NCBI GenBank assembly: GCA_976226885.1
Contig: OZ320323.1
Location: 34,410,001 to 34,474,000, forward strand
Source: Iphione sp. A-MEVVRFRX5
Taxonomy: Eukaryota
DNA length: 64,000 nucleotides
Reading direction: 5' to 3'
Under the pieces are notes generated by a model, which saw nothing but the letters and a program-made list of their open reading frames with translations, did not search any database and was not told the origin of the DNA. Below, in pieces: positions 1 to 11,632 of this stretch. The position numbers were made by a program, and so were the translations under genes. The stretch's first letter is position 1; every line of letters begins with the position of its first letter.

Positions 1-1
1 A

Positions 2-295
2 CCTGACATAGTTGGTGCAGAAGAACAGCTGATCGTGGACTCGATGGTATCAACCCACAACATGTTCTGTCATATGAAGGCCACGTACCTTGACATGACT
101 CTGCCGAGGCTGGACTTGCCGGTCAATGATTATAATGGTAATCATGTGATCGTAAAGGGTCAGTATCTACGCAATGATGGGGTTAGACCAACTCCCTTGG
201 TAAGTGCGATCTGGTCATGTACTTTAGCAATTTACTTTCGCGAACTTGCAGACACAACCATGGAAGCAGAGGCAGAACAAACCGATGAACAGTAA
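2..295 (+). CDS. C-terminal part of an SGNH/GDSL-esterase-like ORF (cut by window start), paralog of 62580-63275; probable LINE accessory ORF
   Basis: The frame is open from base 2: PDIVGAEEQLIVDSMVSTHNMFCHMKATYLDMTLPRLDLPVNDYNGNHVIVKGQYLRNDGVRPTPLVSAIWS. It aligns without gaps to PDIVDPEESLIVNALVSTHNMYCDMLAIPLGLQPPRLDLPVNDYVNNTVVVRKELIKDCGIHVIPEVSAIWS in the 62424-63275 ORF. NDGVRP occupies the SGNH block V (DGxHP) position. Confidence 0.7.
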   Translation, partial: PDIVGAEEQLIVDSMVSTHNMFCHMKATYLDMTLPRLDLPVNDYNGNHVIVKGQYLRNDGVRPTPLVSAIWSCTLAIYFRELADTTMEAEAEQTDEQ

Positions 296-618
296 ACTTA
301 TAATGCAAGTGCCAACATCACAGCACTGAGTATGTGGACTTTAAGTTCTGAGTCACTCAATTCATTTCTTTTTGCACAGTGCTGCTTAACTCGTCTTTGC
401 AATTGCATCAAGGTGTCACTTAATGAGGCATGTCTTGCGTGTGAATCAGCACTCATAATGCGACCAAGATTATTAATGCTTAATATCAACAACTAATTCC
501 AGCGCTGAGCATATTTGGACCACCATATGAGACATTCTCAAGTACCATATCTCACGTGTGCATGGTGATCTGGCAACAGTTGGTAAATTGTCTAGTGTGG
601 TACAATTATTCCTAAATG

Positions 619-673
619 TTCTAGTTTGCCTTACAAAATTTCTAGTTTGCCTTATTTTGTTCTAGTTTGCCTT
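619..673 (+). repeat. Three copies of TTCTAGTTTGCCTT at 20-21 bp spacing
   Basis: Copies start at 619, 640 and 660. Confidence 0.9.
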
Positions 674-1594
674 GTGCATTAGTGGAACCCAATTTTACGT
701 TTGATAGCCAGTACACGTACTCTCTTCTATCATTTCATATGCTTGCCGTCGTATCCTTCACTTGCTTGGAGTATGCAGGTTGAGCCTTAGGAACTGTGTC
801 TTTCATTTTTAACAATAATTCTTTTGGTATATCCTGATTGAGCCTTTCACACCTGTGAGTCGCATCCAAATAACTATTTTCTTCCGGGACTGGTCACCCA
901 AGTCTTTTACCACTCTATTATTAAACAAGGTTATCCCACACTCAGAATTTTTAACTGTCAAATCGTATCTATCCTAGGGATAACATTATTATCCGTATCC
1001 GATCCAGTCTGTTTGTGCACCTGCAAATTGTGAATCATAAATTTATTGTCATCTCATCACAGGCTCGAATGCTAATTCATTAGCCGGACCCTATCTGGGT
1101 TGACGGGAAACGTGTGCTTACACTGCATGGTGCCCATTTATAAGAGTTGAAATATGAATTGCTATGCTTTTTGCTATATTGAGGTTACGCACGGAAGCCA
1201 AAGATTGTGTTTACAGAACAGGCCACAATAGCAATCGTCGTATGTCTTCATGTAATTGATACTCTAATCAATGTTCTCTGCTATTTATCCAAGAGTATTT
1301 TTCGTACACTGTCTATGTATGGGGCATATCCGGTGTTGAATAAATATCTTCCTCCAATACTGATCTACTAATTGCATGTACCGTCCTCCAATAGCAATCA
1401 CTCAACTTAACTAGTCTATAGAACTAATTCCAATCAAAGTTAATAGTCACTTTGTAACAATAGATCGCTCACTACCTGCGACCTATGGGAACATAATTGC
1501 CTATTTGATGCTTGTCGGTCCACTAACTTAATGGCTTGGTGCTGTACTGTAGAGGGATGCTAGCAGTATAACACTCACTCTCATTTAACTAACA

Positions 1595-4376
1595 ATGAAG
1601 GGCGTCCAACTGCTAAACCTGAACGTTAGGAGCTTAAGGGGGAAACTTACTGAGATCAAGGCCAATCTATCAAACGAGAACATCCATATTATTGTTCTGA
1701 CAGAGACTTGGCTCAACGCCACGCACAGCAACGGAGAAGTGGTGATAGACGGGTACAACATTCAAAGAGCAGACAGGACCAGCAGCACGAAGCAGCGAGG
1801 CGGGGGGGTTGCCATCTATGTACGGAATGACATACATGTCACGAAGGTAATAAACTTTCAGCTGGAGACTAGTGAAAGTGACTGCTTGGGAATAAAGGTT
1901 AAAATTGGGAAAAGACGTCCACATCTAATAGTAGGGATATACAGACCGCCTCATGACAAGATGCGAAATAGTATTCAAGCCTTAGAGTCTGTCTTACACG
2001 AGTCACACAAGCAAGGGAGATGCGATGTCACCGTGGCAGGCAACATGAACTTCAACTACCACGGAAGAGAGAGAGCCGGGACGGGCATAGTGAATCTAAT
2101 GTCGAGTCATGGCTTCTGTCAAGTAGTACAAGGAAGAACTATGTTATTGAGTGATCACTGCCTCGACCAGGTTTGGGTAAATTACAATGGTGTACTTGAG
2201 GCAACCACACTCGATTGGGCAATTAGTGATCACTTACCTGTAAAGGTAAACATCAAGAAAGGCTGTCCAAAGAGGATTACAGTCAACATGGAAGTAAGGC
2301 AATGGAAGAAGCTGGACTTGGACAACTCTGCGAAGAGATGAAAGAAGGAGGTCTCAATAGGGAATTGGATCCTGGAAAAGCCTGGGGGGACTTCGCTACA
2401 AAAGCGGACTCGATCTTGCAGAGGATGTGCCCTCCAAGAACAATACGGGTCACGAAGAATGAGGATAGCTTCAGACCCAGTGATGGCACACTGGAACTAA
2501 TAGCTGACAAAAATTACTTCCTACGCAAATGGAAGAAAGAAGGAGACAAGGATGCGCTAAGGATATTCAAATTCCTATCCAGACAAGTAAGACAAGCAAT
2601 AAAACAGGACAAACAGCTGCACTGGGAACGTCGACTGCATGATGCTGGCGGCGATCCTAAGAAGATCTGGGGCACGTTGAATGAAGTGCTGGGTAAGAAG
2701 GAGACCGAAACAGTTCTGCCTACGACATCAGAGTCAAACACTACCTATGGAGACACGTTGGCCGAACAATTCAACAACTACTTCGTAGACGAGGAGGCAA
2801 AGTTGGCCCAGGACGCTCAACAGTCCGACCCAGGGGAGGAACCTCGACACCGGGGGGAGAAATTCAGACTCCACCTACCAAGTCCAGCCGAACTGGGGTC
2901 AATTGTGAGCAAGATCAAGACCGACAAATCATCGGGAGTCGAAGGGATTCCTACAAGAATCCTAAAACCACTCATCCTCAGGAACTTGGACTTCCTACAC
3001 TGGGTATTCGAGAGAATACTAGCTACTGGTGCCTACCCGGAGGCCTGGAAGGTTGCGAGAGTAACCCCGCTATACAAGCGGGGTGACAGAGACTCCCTCG
3101 GGAACTACCGCCCGGTCTCGATCTTGCCCCTTCCGGGCAAAATCTTTGAACGATGGTTCGTCCGTGATTTGATGCACAAACTGGACAGCAGAGATTTCAT
3201 CAGTGAGAAGCAACACGGGTTCAGGAAAGGACGCAGCACCGAGACTGCCATTGTGACTCTTCTCGGTATAGCTGGCGAACTCACCAACGCGGGACGTTAC
3301 CGCTGCCTCCTAGCCTTCGACATGAGGAAGGCATTCAATTTAGTGCCTTCCTCAGTCATATTGAACCGGCTGAGAGTCGCAGGTGCCAATGCGCAAATCT
3401 GCAAGCTAGTACAAAGCTACTTTACCAACCGCAGACAATTCACCCGCTGCCAAGGGCAAAACTCCAACACCCGCACAGTGGAGCACGGGTTCCACAGGGC
3501 TCCGTTTTCAGCCCCAGTGCGTTTTGCCTAGTGATCGATTCACTCATTGAACGTCTACCCAGAAGCTGCGAGGCCGTACTATATGCAGACGACCTGTCTA
3601 TCATAGTAAGCGCTGGAGATCTGCTGCAACTAAGGGGTTCATGCCAGCTGGCCATTGACACTGTGACCAGGTGGTGCCAAGAGGTAGGTCTCCTGCTATC
3701 TGAGGGGAAATGCTGTTATATGCCTATTGGCAAGGCGGCAAGCACACCCCTAGACATCAAAGTAAACGACACCAACCTGACAATGGTTACATCCCTTCGT
3801 CTATTGGGCTATCATTTGAATGCCAAACTGACTGCCCAATGTGCCATCAAAGAAGTCAAGGCCAAGATGTGGGGAGCCTCTCTCAAAATCTCTCGGATCA
3901 AGAGGATACTTCCTTGGGGAGCAAGAGTAAAACTCTTCAAAGCCCTAGTTATGCCTCATCTAAACTATGGTGCAGTGCTATTTCATGGTGGGTCGAGAGC
4001 GGCGATCCTGAGCCTACAGGTGCACTTGAATTGCTGCGTCCGTGTAAGTCTACAGACGAACACGCACGCATCAGTCAAGCACATAACAGCTGCGGCAGGA
4101 ATCAGGAGGGTTGAGAAGATCATTGAGAAAAAGGCGCTGGAGGGAGTACATAGGCAAGTACGGCTGGGCCTATGGAAATTCGACAAGAAAACCATAACTA
4201 GGCGGGGTCGCGCCCCCCGTCTAAAAGTGGATCGACCAAAATCAAAAACCTTCGCAAGGAGCATGCGCTATGGGGCGGTCGTGAAATGGAACAACCTTCC
4301 AGACCACATAAGAAGAAGCAACACTCTGAAACTAACGGACAACCTGTTGGCCCACGTCCAACCCCAAGGACTCTGA
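1595..4376 (+). mobile_element. CR1/L2-group non-LTR retrotransposon ORF2 (APE endonuclease + reverse transcriptase), two 1-bp frameshifts
   Basis: APE motifs: LNVRSL, LTETWL, RGGGVAIYV, GIYRPP, GNMN (for GDFN), ISDHLPV. RT motifs: KVARVTPLYKRG, NYRPVSILP, QHGFRKGRST, FDMRKAFNLV, GVPQGS (restored across the frameshift at ~3489), LYADD, LRLLG, KWNNLP. Frameshifts at ~2325 and ~3489 join ORFs 1595-2341, 2302-3531 and 3531-4376 into ~927 aa. Confidence 0.95.
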
Positions 4377-5343
4377 ACTTGAAGCAGCTTCACCTGTCCA
4401 CATGAGTATACAATGAGAGTACTAAATACATAATCTACCAGCCTAAACATACCGCTCACTTAGACACATCTGGTAGTAAATACTAACCACATGCCTATCA
4501 GGTGATTACATAAGGTGATCGGTTATCTAGACTAACCACTCATGTTATGGTGGAAAAACCACTGTCACGTCTACTCTAATAATCAGTTAAGCACAAGGAA
4601 CGTGAATTGCTAACAACGCAAGACAAGTATAACCTGATGAGAACGCAGGGGTTGATTAGTGCACGCTAAGTACTAAAATGCTCTGCCAAGTTAGCCATGC
4701 CTATCACTCGTCGCAGGGTACGGGGTGGGGCAGGATGTCAAATTAAACTTTAGTCGAGTCTTACACTTGTAAGTGGGACAGGGAGGAGGGTAGTAAATAT
4801 CTTCTGGGGAATAACCACTACATTTAACAATTGTAGTGATTCGTACTAGGAAAGGTTATTGCAAAACTACAGTCATGCTCAATTCTAGGTAAATTGATCT
4901 CGGGCCAGTAGATAGTTAGGAATTCCAAGAGCTATGCATGAAGGTGTCTCTGATGACACATAACAGATCAAGGAACGACGGGTTGCAACATATGTATTTA
5001 TCAAACGAAGTGATTCTGCCTGGAAGTACATATTACAGCAAAAAACTGTATTGCCATGTATGGATGTGTCTCTGCTGACTGAAGCTAATGAACACAAGGA
5101 GTGACGAGTTGTAACAAAGGTATTTATTAAACATAGTGATTCTGCATAAAGGTACATAATTCATGCAAAACCTAAATGACTACTATTGCAACTTACTGAC
5201 GTGCATACTACTTATATATGCTTATATAGCTTTGTACATATTCTCACAGTTCTGAGTGTATTTCACTACTGTTGTCCAAGGATATCTTTGTACCATGACA
5301 AAGAATGGCAATAAACCTTTGAATTGAATTGAATTGAATTGAA
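4377..5343 (+). other. Probable LINE 3' UTR ending in AATAAA + (TTGAA)5 tail
   Basis: AATAAA at 5310-5315 and five TTGAA units at 5319-5343; such tails are typical of CR1/L2-type 3' ends. There is an internal degenerate ~65-bp duplication (4969-5033 vs 5095-5159). Assignment of the whole 1 kb to this LINE is inferred. Confidence 0.6.
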
Positions 5344-5344
5344 A

Positions 5345-7466
5345 CATCTGTACTGTCACACAGTCCCAGCTTTGTACCGACACCTAAGCCACCTAATCAT
5401 ATACATACGGTTAGGGACTCTCTACTCTTTGTTAGAAGATTACGCCTGATACATTTCTTTCAAGATGAGAAACAACCAAACAGACCAACCAGTGTATATC
5501 CTCATGATATAACAGGCTGGACACCTCAACCTAACCTAAACCCTGAAATTTATACCACCTCCAACTATATAATCTCCAAAACCTTGAAGCTAAGACTGCA
5601 ACACTCCATCCCTAACCTCAGCATCGAGGAAACAACAGCCTTATACAACCTCTGAGACGACCCCTCAATTATCATCCAACCGGCAGATAAGAGGGGAGCA
5701 ATAGTAATTATGAACACAAGCAACTATAAAAACGAAGGCTTACGCCAACTGTCTGATGCAACAACCTACAAAAACTTGACAGGGACATATGCACCGAAAC
5801 TGTGGACCAAATTAAGACAACACTCAATGACTTAGCCTTCAGCAGACATATACCACTGGAAGCTGTACCATTACTGACACCGAAACACCCCCACACCTCG
5901 CCATTATATCTACTACCCAAAATACACAAAACTGGAAACCCCGGTCGACCGATTGTCTCGGGGATAAACAGCCCGACCGACGTTATCAGTGGTGTCTTGG
6001 ATACTATCCTTAAACCCTATGTGATCAAAACTGCCAGCTATATCAGAGACACAACAGACTTTCTGAATAAATTAGCAACATATGGCACTCTGGCTGAAGA
6101 TGACTGGCTATGTACCATAGACGTAACATCCCTTTACACCTCAATTCCTCATCAGGAAGGGGCCTCAGCTGTAAAGCAAGCATAACAAAACCATCCGTCG
6201 CCATACATGGACCACGAAACAGCCCACCTACTCACGAACATAGTACTGAAGAATAACATAATCACCTTTAATAAGGAACACTATCTACAAATCCACAGCA
6301 CCGACATGGGCACCACGATGGCCCCTAACTACACAAACCTGTTCATGTTAGACCTGGAAAGCAGGCTACTCCAGAAAACCACAATCAAACCACGGCTATG
6401 GCTAAGGTTTATAGATGATATATTCAGCATATGGTGAGGTACTCAGGAAACCCTAGAACAGGACCTCAACAACCTTAACACACACCACCCAACCATCAAA
6501 TTCACCTATGAACTAAGCCATACTGGTGTCAATTTTCTCGACACCACAGTTGAACGAAATCAAGACAACTCAATCCGCACAAGTGTCTACTGTAAGCCCA
6601 CTGACGCCCATCTTTACCTTGACAACAAATCACACCACCCCTCCCATCAGAAACAGTCCATAGCATACTCAAAAGCTATCAACCTCAGGACTATATGTTC
6701 AGATGTAAGAGACTATGATGCCCACAGTAAACGCTTGTTGAAGAACTTGACCCTGTGAGGCCACATCCACCATCGAGTGAAGGAATCCATCGCATGAGTA
6801 CATGACATAGACCACACAAACCTCCTGCAGAAAAGGAAGAAAGACAAAAGAGACATCATTCCATTTGTAATTGACTACCACAGATCACATGTATGCATCA
6901 AAGAAATACTGAAGCGAGCAACACAGTTTATAACTTAAAATAACAATCCAATCGTATTCAGGTATCAGCCCTTATTAGGGTTCAAATGTACACTGAACCT
7001 ATGGGACATACTCTGCAGTTCCAACTATCCAAGGAACACCCCACAGAAAAGTGGGAGTCTTCCTTGCTTCAAAATAGGGTGCCAAACTTGTCCTAACATC
7101 CTACACACAGACAAAATACAGAGCACTACGACTAAACGACACCACTGCATCATAGGACATAACACGTGCGAAACAACCAGCTGTGTTTACATTTTGATCT
7201 GCCCAGCATGCCGCTCACAATATGTGAGCGAGATGGGCCGGGCTGTGAAGAATAGAATCAGAGAACACAAGTACAACCTACGAACCAAACAAAGAGACAC
7301 TCCCTGTGTCAAACACTTGCTCAACCTTGATGTAGACCCAAGTGAACTAATATTCGCCTTAGTTGACTCAAGCTCCAACGACCGCAACAGATGCCTCCTA
7401 CTCAAGGAAGCCTGGATATGCATCATAGAAACAGGGAATCCCCATGGCATGAATGGGAAACTATGA
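5345..7466 (+). mobile_element. Penelope-like element (RT + GIY-YIG endonuclease, Neptune-like), pseudogenised and lacking its 5' end
   Basis: N-terminal PSFVPTPK and LFVRRLRLIHFF; RT motifs IIIQPADK, LYLLPKIHK, GRPIVS, DVTSLYTSIPH, MAPNYTNLFM, WLRFIDDIF. A Cys-rich linker (CFKIGCQTC) precedes GIY-YIG-like CVYILICPACRSQYV...KNRIREH. Multiple stops and frameshifts are present. Confidence 0.92.
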
Positions 7467-9591
7467 CAATGCAATCTGATGACGTCATCAGCATTTGCTA
7501 TGACGCGGTACGCAAGTACCCCAAGCCACCCAAAATCACACCTCAGAAAAGGATCACGCATCACTTTTTACTCAACAAATTGCCTGCAAAAGCTACATAA
7601 CTACATAATAATGTGAAACCGACAATTAAGCGCAAACGCAAGGTCAAAACTATCCCCGCCACGTAGGCCAATTACATGCCCGATGAATGTAAAGTTCTGT
7701 ATTATCAGTGCACCTTCTACCTATAGGGACCCTCGTCACCCCGGTAGAGGTAACAGTGAAAACAACCAAGCCAAAGACCCCAACACAACCGCAGCAAGTC
7801 AAGACCGTTGCACCCACAGCTCTGAAAGACCATGTGGAGGAGGAAATAAATATGACAGCACAAAAAACTCAATGCGACTTGCATCCACTGGTACAAGTCC
7901 TGAAGAACAAGGCACACAAGCAGACAACCAATCACAAGGACCAACCGCTGCAACGTTCGTCAACCACGACTCAACAACCGAGCAGCAACCCCAGACCATC
8001 TAGTTCTGGAGTCACTAACGACAAACCCCAGAACAACCACAAGCAACGGAGGATCCTCATCTCTTGACTCAGATAGTGATGATGAGTCCGACAGGGTGCT
8101 TTGAGTTGACTTAAGCATCAGTTCCGACTTGCAAAGTGATTATGACTCAGAGCCGGGTGACACAAGGTTCAAGACCAAGAAACAGCCATGCATGCACTCT
8201 AAAGGCAGTATCTCCAAAAAACTGAATCCAGCCCCTGTCCATGCTGCCCCAGCACCCGACCACCGAAGACCCACCGGGAGAGTGAACGAGCAACAACCAC
8301 GCAGCATCATGGTAACCTCGAGCAAGCCCAACAGCTCGGGAGACCATCGCCACAAAGTGCACCTGACTGAGCAGTACATACCAGAGACTGTTGGCCAGAA
8401 ATGCCCAGACAACACCAGACAGTGCATTGTTGAGTATGTTCCCACCCCAATAAATGGACAGCATAGCAGCAATTCACATACTCATGGCACCCACCATGCA
8501 ACTGGCAACATCCAACCAAGACAAGCACACATGGGCCCTGCTGCACTATTATCAGGAAGCTGAACCAGGATGTAGGCCGTGTGATAAACTCTGAACTTAT
8601 ACACCAGGGCCTAATGAGGCCCAACAGATTCCCATAATTGATTAACGTTGACTCGGTATATAGTAGATCAGATAGAGTCATGTGAGATGTTACTGTGATA
8701 TATACGAACTCTGTGATTTTTTAACTCTGTGATATTATCTATGGACATTTTTTCTACAGTATTCATCGACCTTTGGTCAGACAGGTTTAAGGATTCAACA
8801 CAATTACAAGTTGCCAAACACATTTACTTTCCATGTGAGTATGTTACACAGGTTCACAGAGACAATTGGCAGACTATAAATTGACAAGAAACACTCCAGA
8901 GATGGACAGCTTTTTATTACTGATCTATACATATACAAGCAACATAGATTTATCACATTATTCCAGAGATGGATACTTTTTTATGTAACTTTCTTTGGTA
9001 TCACCAGGATTGCAACGTCATATCCAAGCAGCAATAATACCTTTTGATTTGGTTATGGGTTGCCAGGGGTATAGTGGTTATTTCAACCATTGGCTGCTGG
9101 AGGCAGAGACATGCTGCTATCACTTTACGATGTACATTGTGTAAACTCTTTAAAAGAAGGGATTAAAAGTAAAAACACCCTTGTGGGGTTGGATCTGGGT
9201 TATATTCAGTCTACCTCATCCAATCTCGTCCAGGAAAGGGGGGCTGACTTAAAAAGAGGTCAGTTTCGTAATGTAAGCCTAGTCTGATGAACACTGAATG
9301 GTCTTCGATCCAGTGGCTAGGAAATAAGGATCCGCCACATTAAATATCTAGTTCACCCAAATTGAAAACTCAGCTTTTTCCCTCTTAGAGCAAGGAGAGA
9401 GTGTCTGTTATTCAGGAAAATATCAGCTATTACATACAGTGATGATTTCATAACAGGTCTGTTCATAATTTCTAACACCTTTGTTTATCGAAGTCGTAGT
9501 TGATAACGGAACCTTTGAACAGACCTGAGTAAAGAAATAACTCTGCTATCTATATCTCCGTTTCTCTACAACACAATTCATCCTAAAGTTT

Positions 9592-9917
9592 GGCCTAAAC
9601 AAAAAATAACTGTGTTTCTGGTAACCCGACCGACCTTGATTTTGGTTCTAATTCAACATTTTATTTTTGTTCTTTTGTGAATAGTGTTATCACAGATAGA
9701 ACTTCATTCAATACACTATTGTGTTCCCTATGTTACTAGCTTTCATTTGATATAAGTTTCATTAAGATCTAAGCAGTATAATTGGCATTACCATATACAT
9801 TGCAAGTGTAAGTATGAAATAATACTGGGAAAAAATGAAAAATAAAAAAGATGTCACCTACCAACCAACCCTCTAATTTTTTATCATGTTACTCGAAACA
9901 CAGAACTTTTTTAGGCC
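9592..9917. mobile_element. Non-autonomous TIR element (PIF/Harbinger Tourist-like MITE)
   Basis: Imperfect TIRs: GGCCTAAACAAAAAATAACTGTGTTTCTGGTAAC vs reverse complement of the right end GGCCTAAAAAAGTTCTGTGTTTCGAGTAAC. Flanks TTT/TTA are consistent with a 3-bp TWA TSD with one mismatch. Confidence 0.65.
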
Positions 9918-10740
9918 TTATTGGCAAAGCATTTCTTGAAGCAGGGCAGACCAGACTCTGCTACAGTATCCTCCCTTCTTGAAAAGGCAGGTGGGTAGTT
10001 TGGAAAGATGATTGAATGATATTAAAGGTTGGTCATCAGGGGCTCAGGATTTGGTAATTAACACATGCTTAACAGGTTCGGGGATATGACACTACTCTTA
10101 TAATGTAATGATATGCAATTATGAGTTATGAGGTGCTCATGACTAGGGATAGGTGCAGGTGACCTAAAGAAGGCAAATTAGAATAGGGAAGGACATTGTC
10201 CTAGCTCATGACGTGGTCCTGAGAGATAAAGTAGGGATACACACACATATATATACGACACATATATATATATGTGTGTGTACACAATTCATGATAAATC
10301 CTTGTGGCCTACATTGATGATAAACTCTAATTACTGTAGTTAATTCCCCTCATCAAGACATCTGTACGAAACTATGTTGATATGCATCTCAGTCAGGTAT
10401 GGACACCATGGTCTACCTTAATGGTATACATATAAAAGATTTATGAGTGCATATAATCTATCATCTCTTATTTCAGCCTCTTTTCCTAGTTCCTTTTTCA
10501 TGTTTTACGCATTCCGGATATTATGGTATTGTTGGTATTAATAATGTAAGCTTTTCGAAATAATATCACATCCAGCCCTGAACCAACTTTATCTGAAGTA
10601 TTCTCTGAAGAAAAGACAGCCGAATCTCCAGTAGACTTGCTGATGGCTAGACACAACTGAAGCATTGAGCATAATATAAATAGACCCCGAGTTCTTATCT
10701 CTACATCACTCTGGACTAGAACAAGGTACAGAATTTTACA

Positions 10741-10932
10741 ATTGGTTATTTCAACCATTGGCTTAAAAAGAAGAAGGGCCGTGCTGCTATCTCTTCACAA
10801 TGTACATTGGTTAATTGAACCAGTGGCTGACAAAGATGAAGGGACATGGTGCTATCACTTCACAATATATATTGGTTATTTCAACCATTGTCTGACAGAG
10901 ACAAGCAGACATGCTACTATCACTTCACAATG
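10741..10932 (+). repeat. 65-bp minisatellite, three degenerate units, plus a dispersed unit at 9075-9139
   Basis: Units begin ATTGGTTATTTCAACCATTG at 10741, 10806 (degenerate) and 10871, and end ...CTATCACTTCACAAT. The same motif order occurs at 9075-9139. Confidence 0.85.
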
Positions 10933-11452
10933 AAATGTAACATTAGCCTGTTATGTCAATGGCTCATCTTGATTAAAAAAGGGATAAAGAATGTCCACAA
11001 AAATTTCTGGTTCACTCCAAGTACATGTACACAACATTAAGGTGTTTGATAAGTTTGTATCGGATAAGTTTTATTTCTCCACCTTGACAAAGAAAATAAG
11101 CATGTATGCTCTAGTGCCAGTAAGGAGGAAACAATGATTCAGGTTTCAAGAAACTTGTGTATTCACCAACTTGCACCACGCCAAATACATGTACAGTTTA
11201 AACCTGGATAGGACACCAAGCTTGGAACTAGCTAGTTTTGATCTCTCCCATTGTTTGGTCTGATTAAACATACAGAAAAATGAATGATTTGGTTTCATAA
11301 ACCTTGGTCTCTCCCCCAGGTTTGTCCGCTCTATGATTTGTCTCGACTGTATTTGCCTTAGCTGTCTCATCCAATACCCATCTCACACTATGGTTACTTC
11401 AATCACAAGAACTCTTTCATCTACACAAGTATTAATATGTCTTCTGTACATA

Positions 11453-11632
11453 CAGTAGAAACCCTATTTGCGACCACCCCTTGGGTCTGACCAAAAGTGG
11501 TTGAAAATTAAATTTGGTTGCAAATCGCTAATTGGTAATCATAAAAATCAATGCTTCTGTTCCTCACCAAAATTATGGTCAGAAATTGAATTTGGTCGGA
11601 AAGCGATGTGGCTAGAAGTAGGGTTTCAACTG
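11453..11632. mobile_element. Tc1/mariner (pogo/Tigger-like) MITE, 180 bp
   Basis: TIR CAGTAGAAACCCTATTT vs CAGTTGAAACCCTACTT (reverse complement of the right end); TA flanks at 11451-52 and 11633-34. Confidence 0.8.

Noticed and set aside
298-492. 64-aa minus-strand ORF in the LINE spacer
   Set aside because: It is short, antisense to the element and has no motif.
2300-3535. Programmed ribosomal frameshifting in LINE ORF2
   Set aside because: No slippery heptamer or downstream structure was seen. Single-base losses inside conserved motifs are better explained by mutation or sequencing error.
10741-10932. Repeat-variable-repeat pattern resembling a CRISPR array (also 38869-38955 and 44219-44300)
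   Set aside because: The variable parts are homologous to each other, the units are degenerate, there are no cas genes, and the context is eukaryotic. These are minisatellites.
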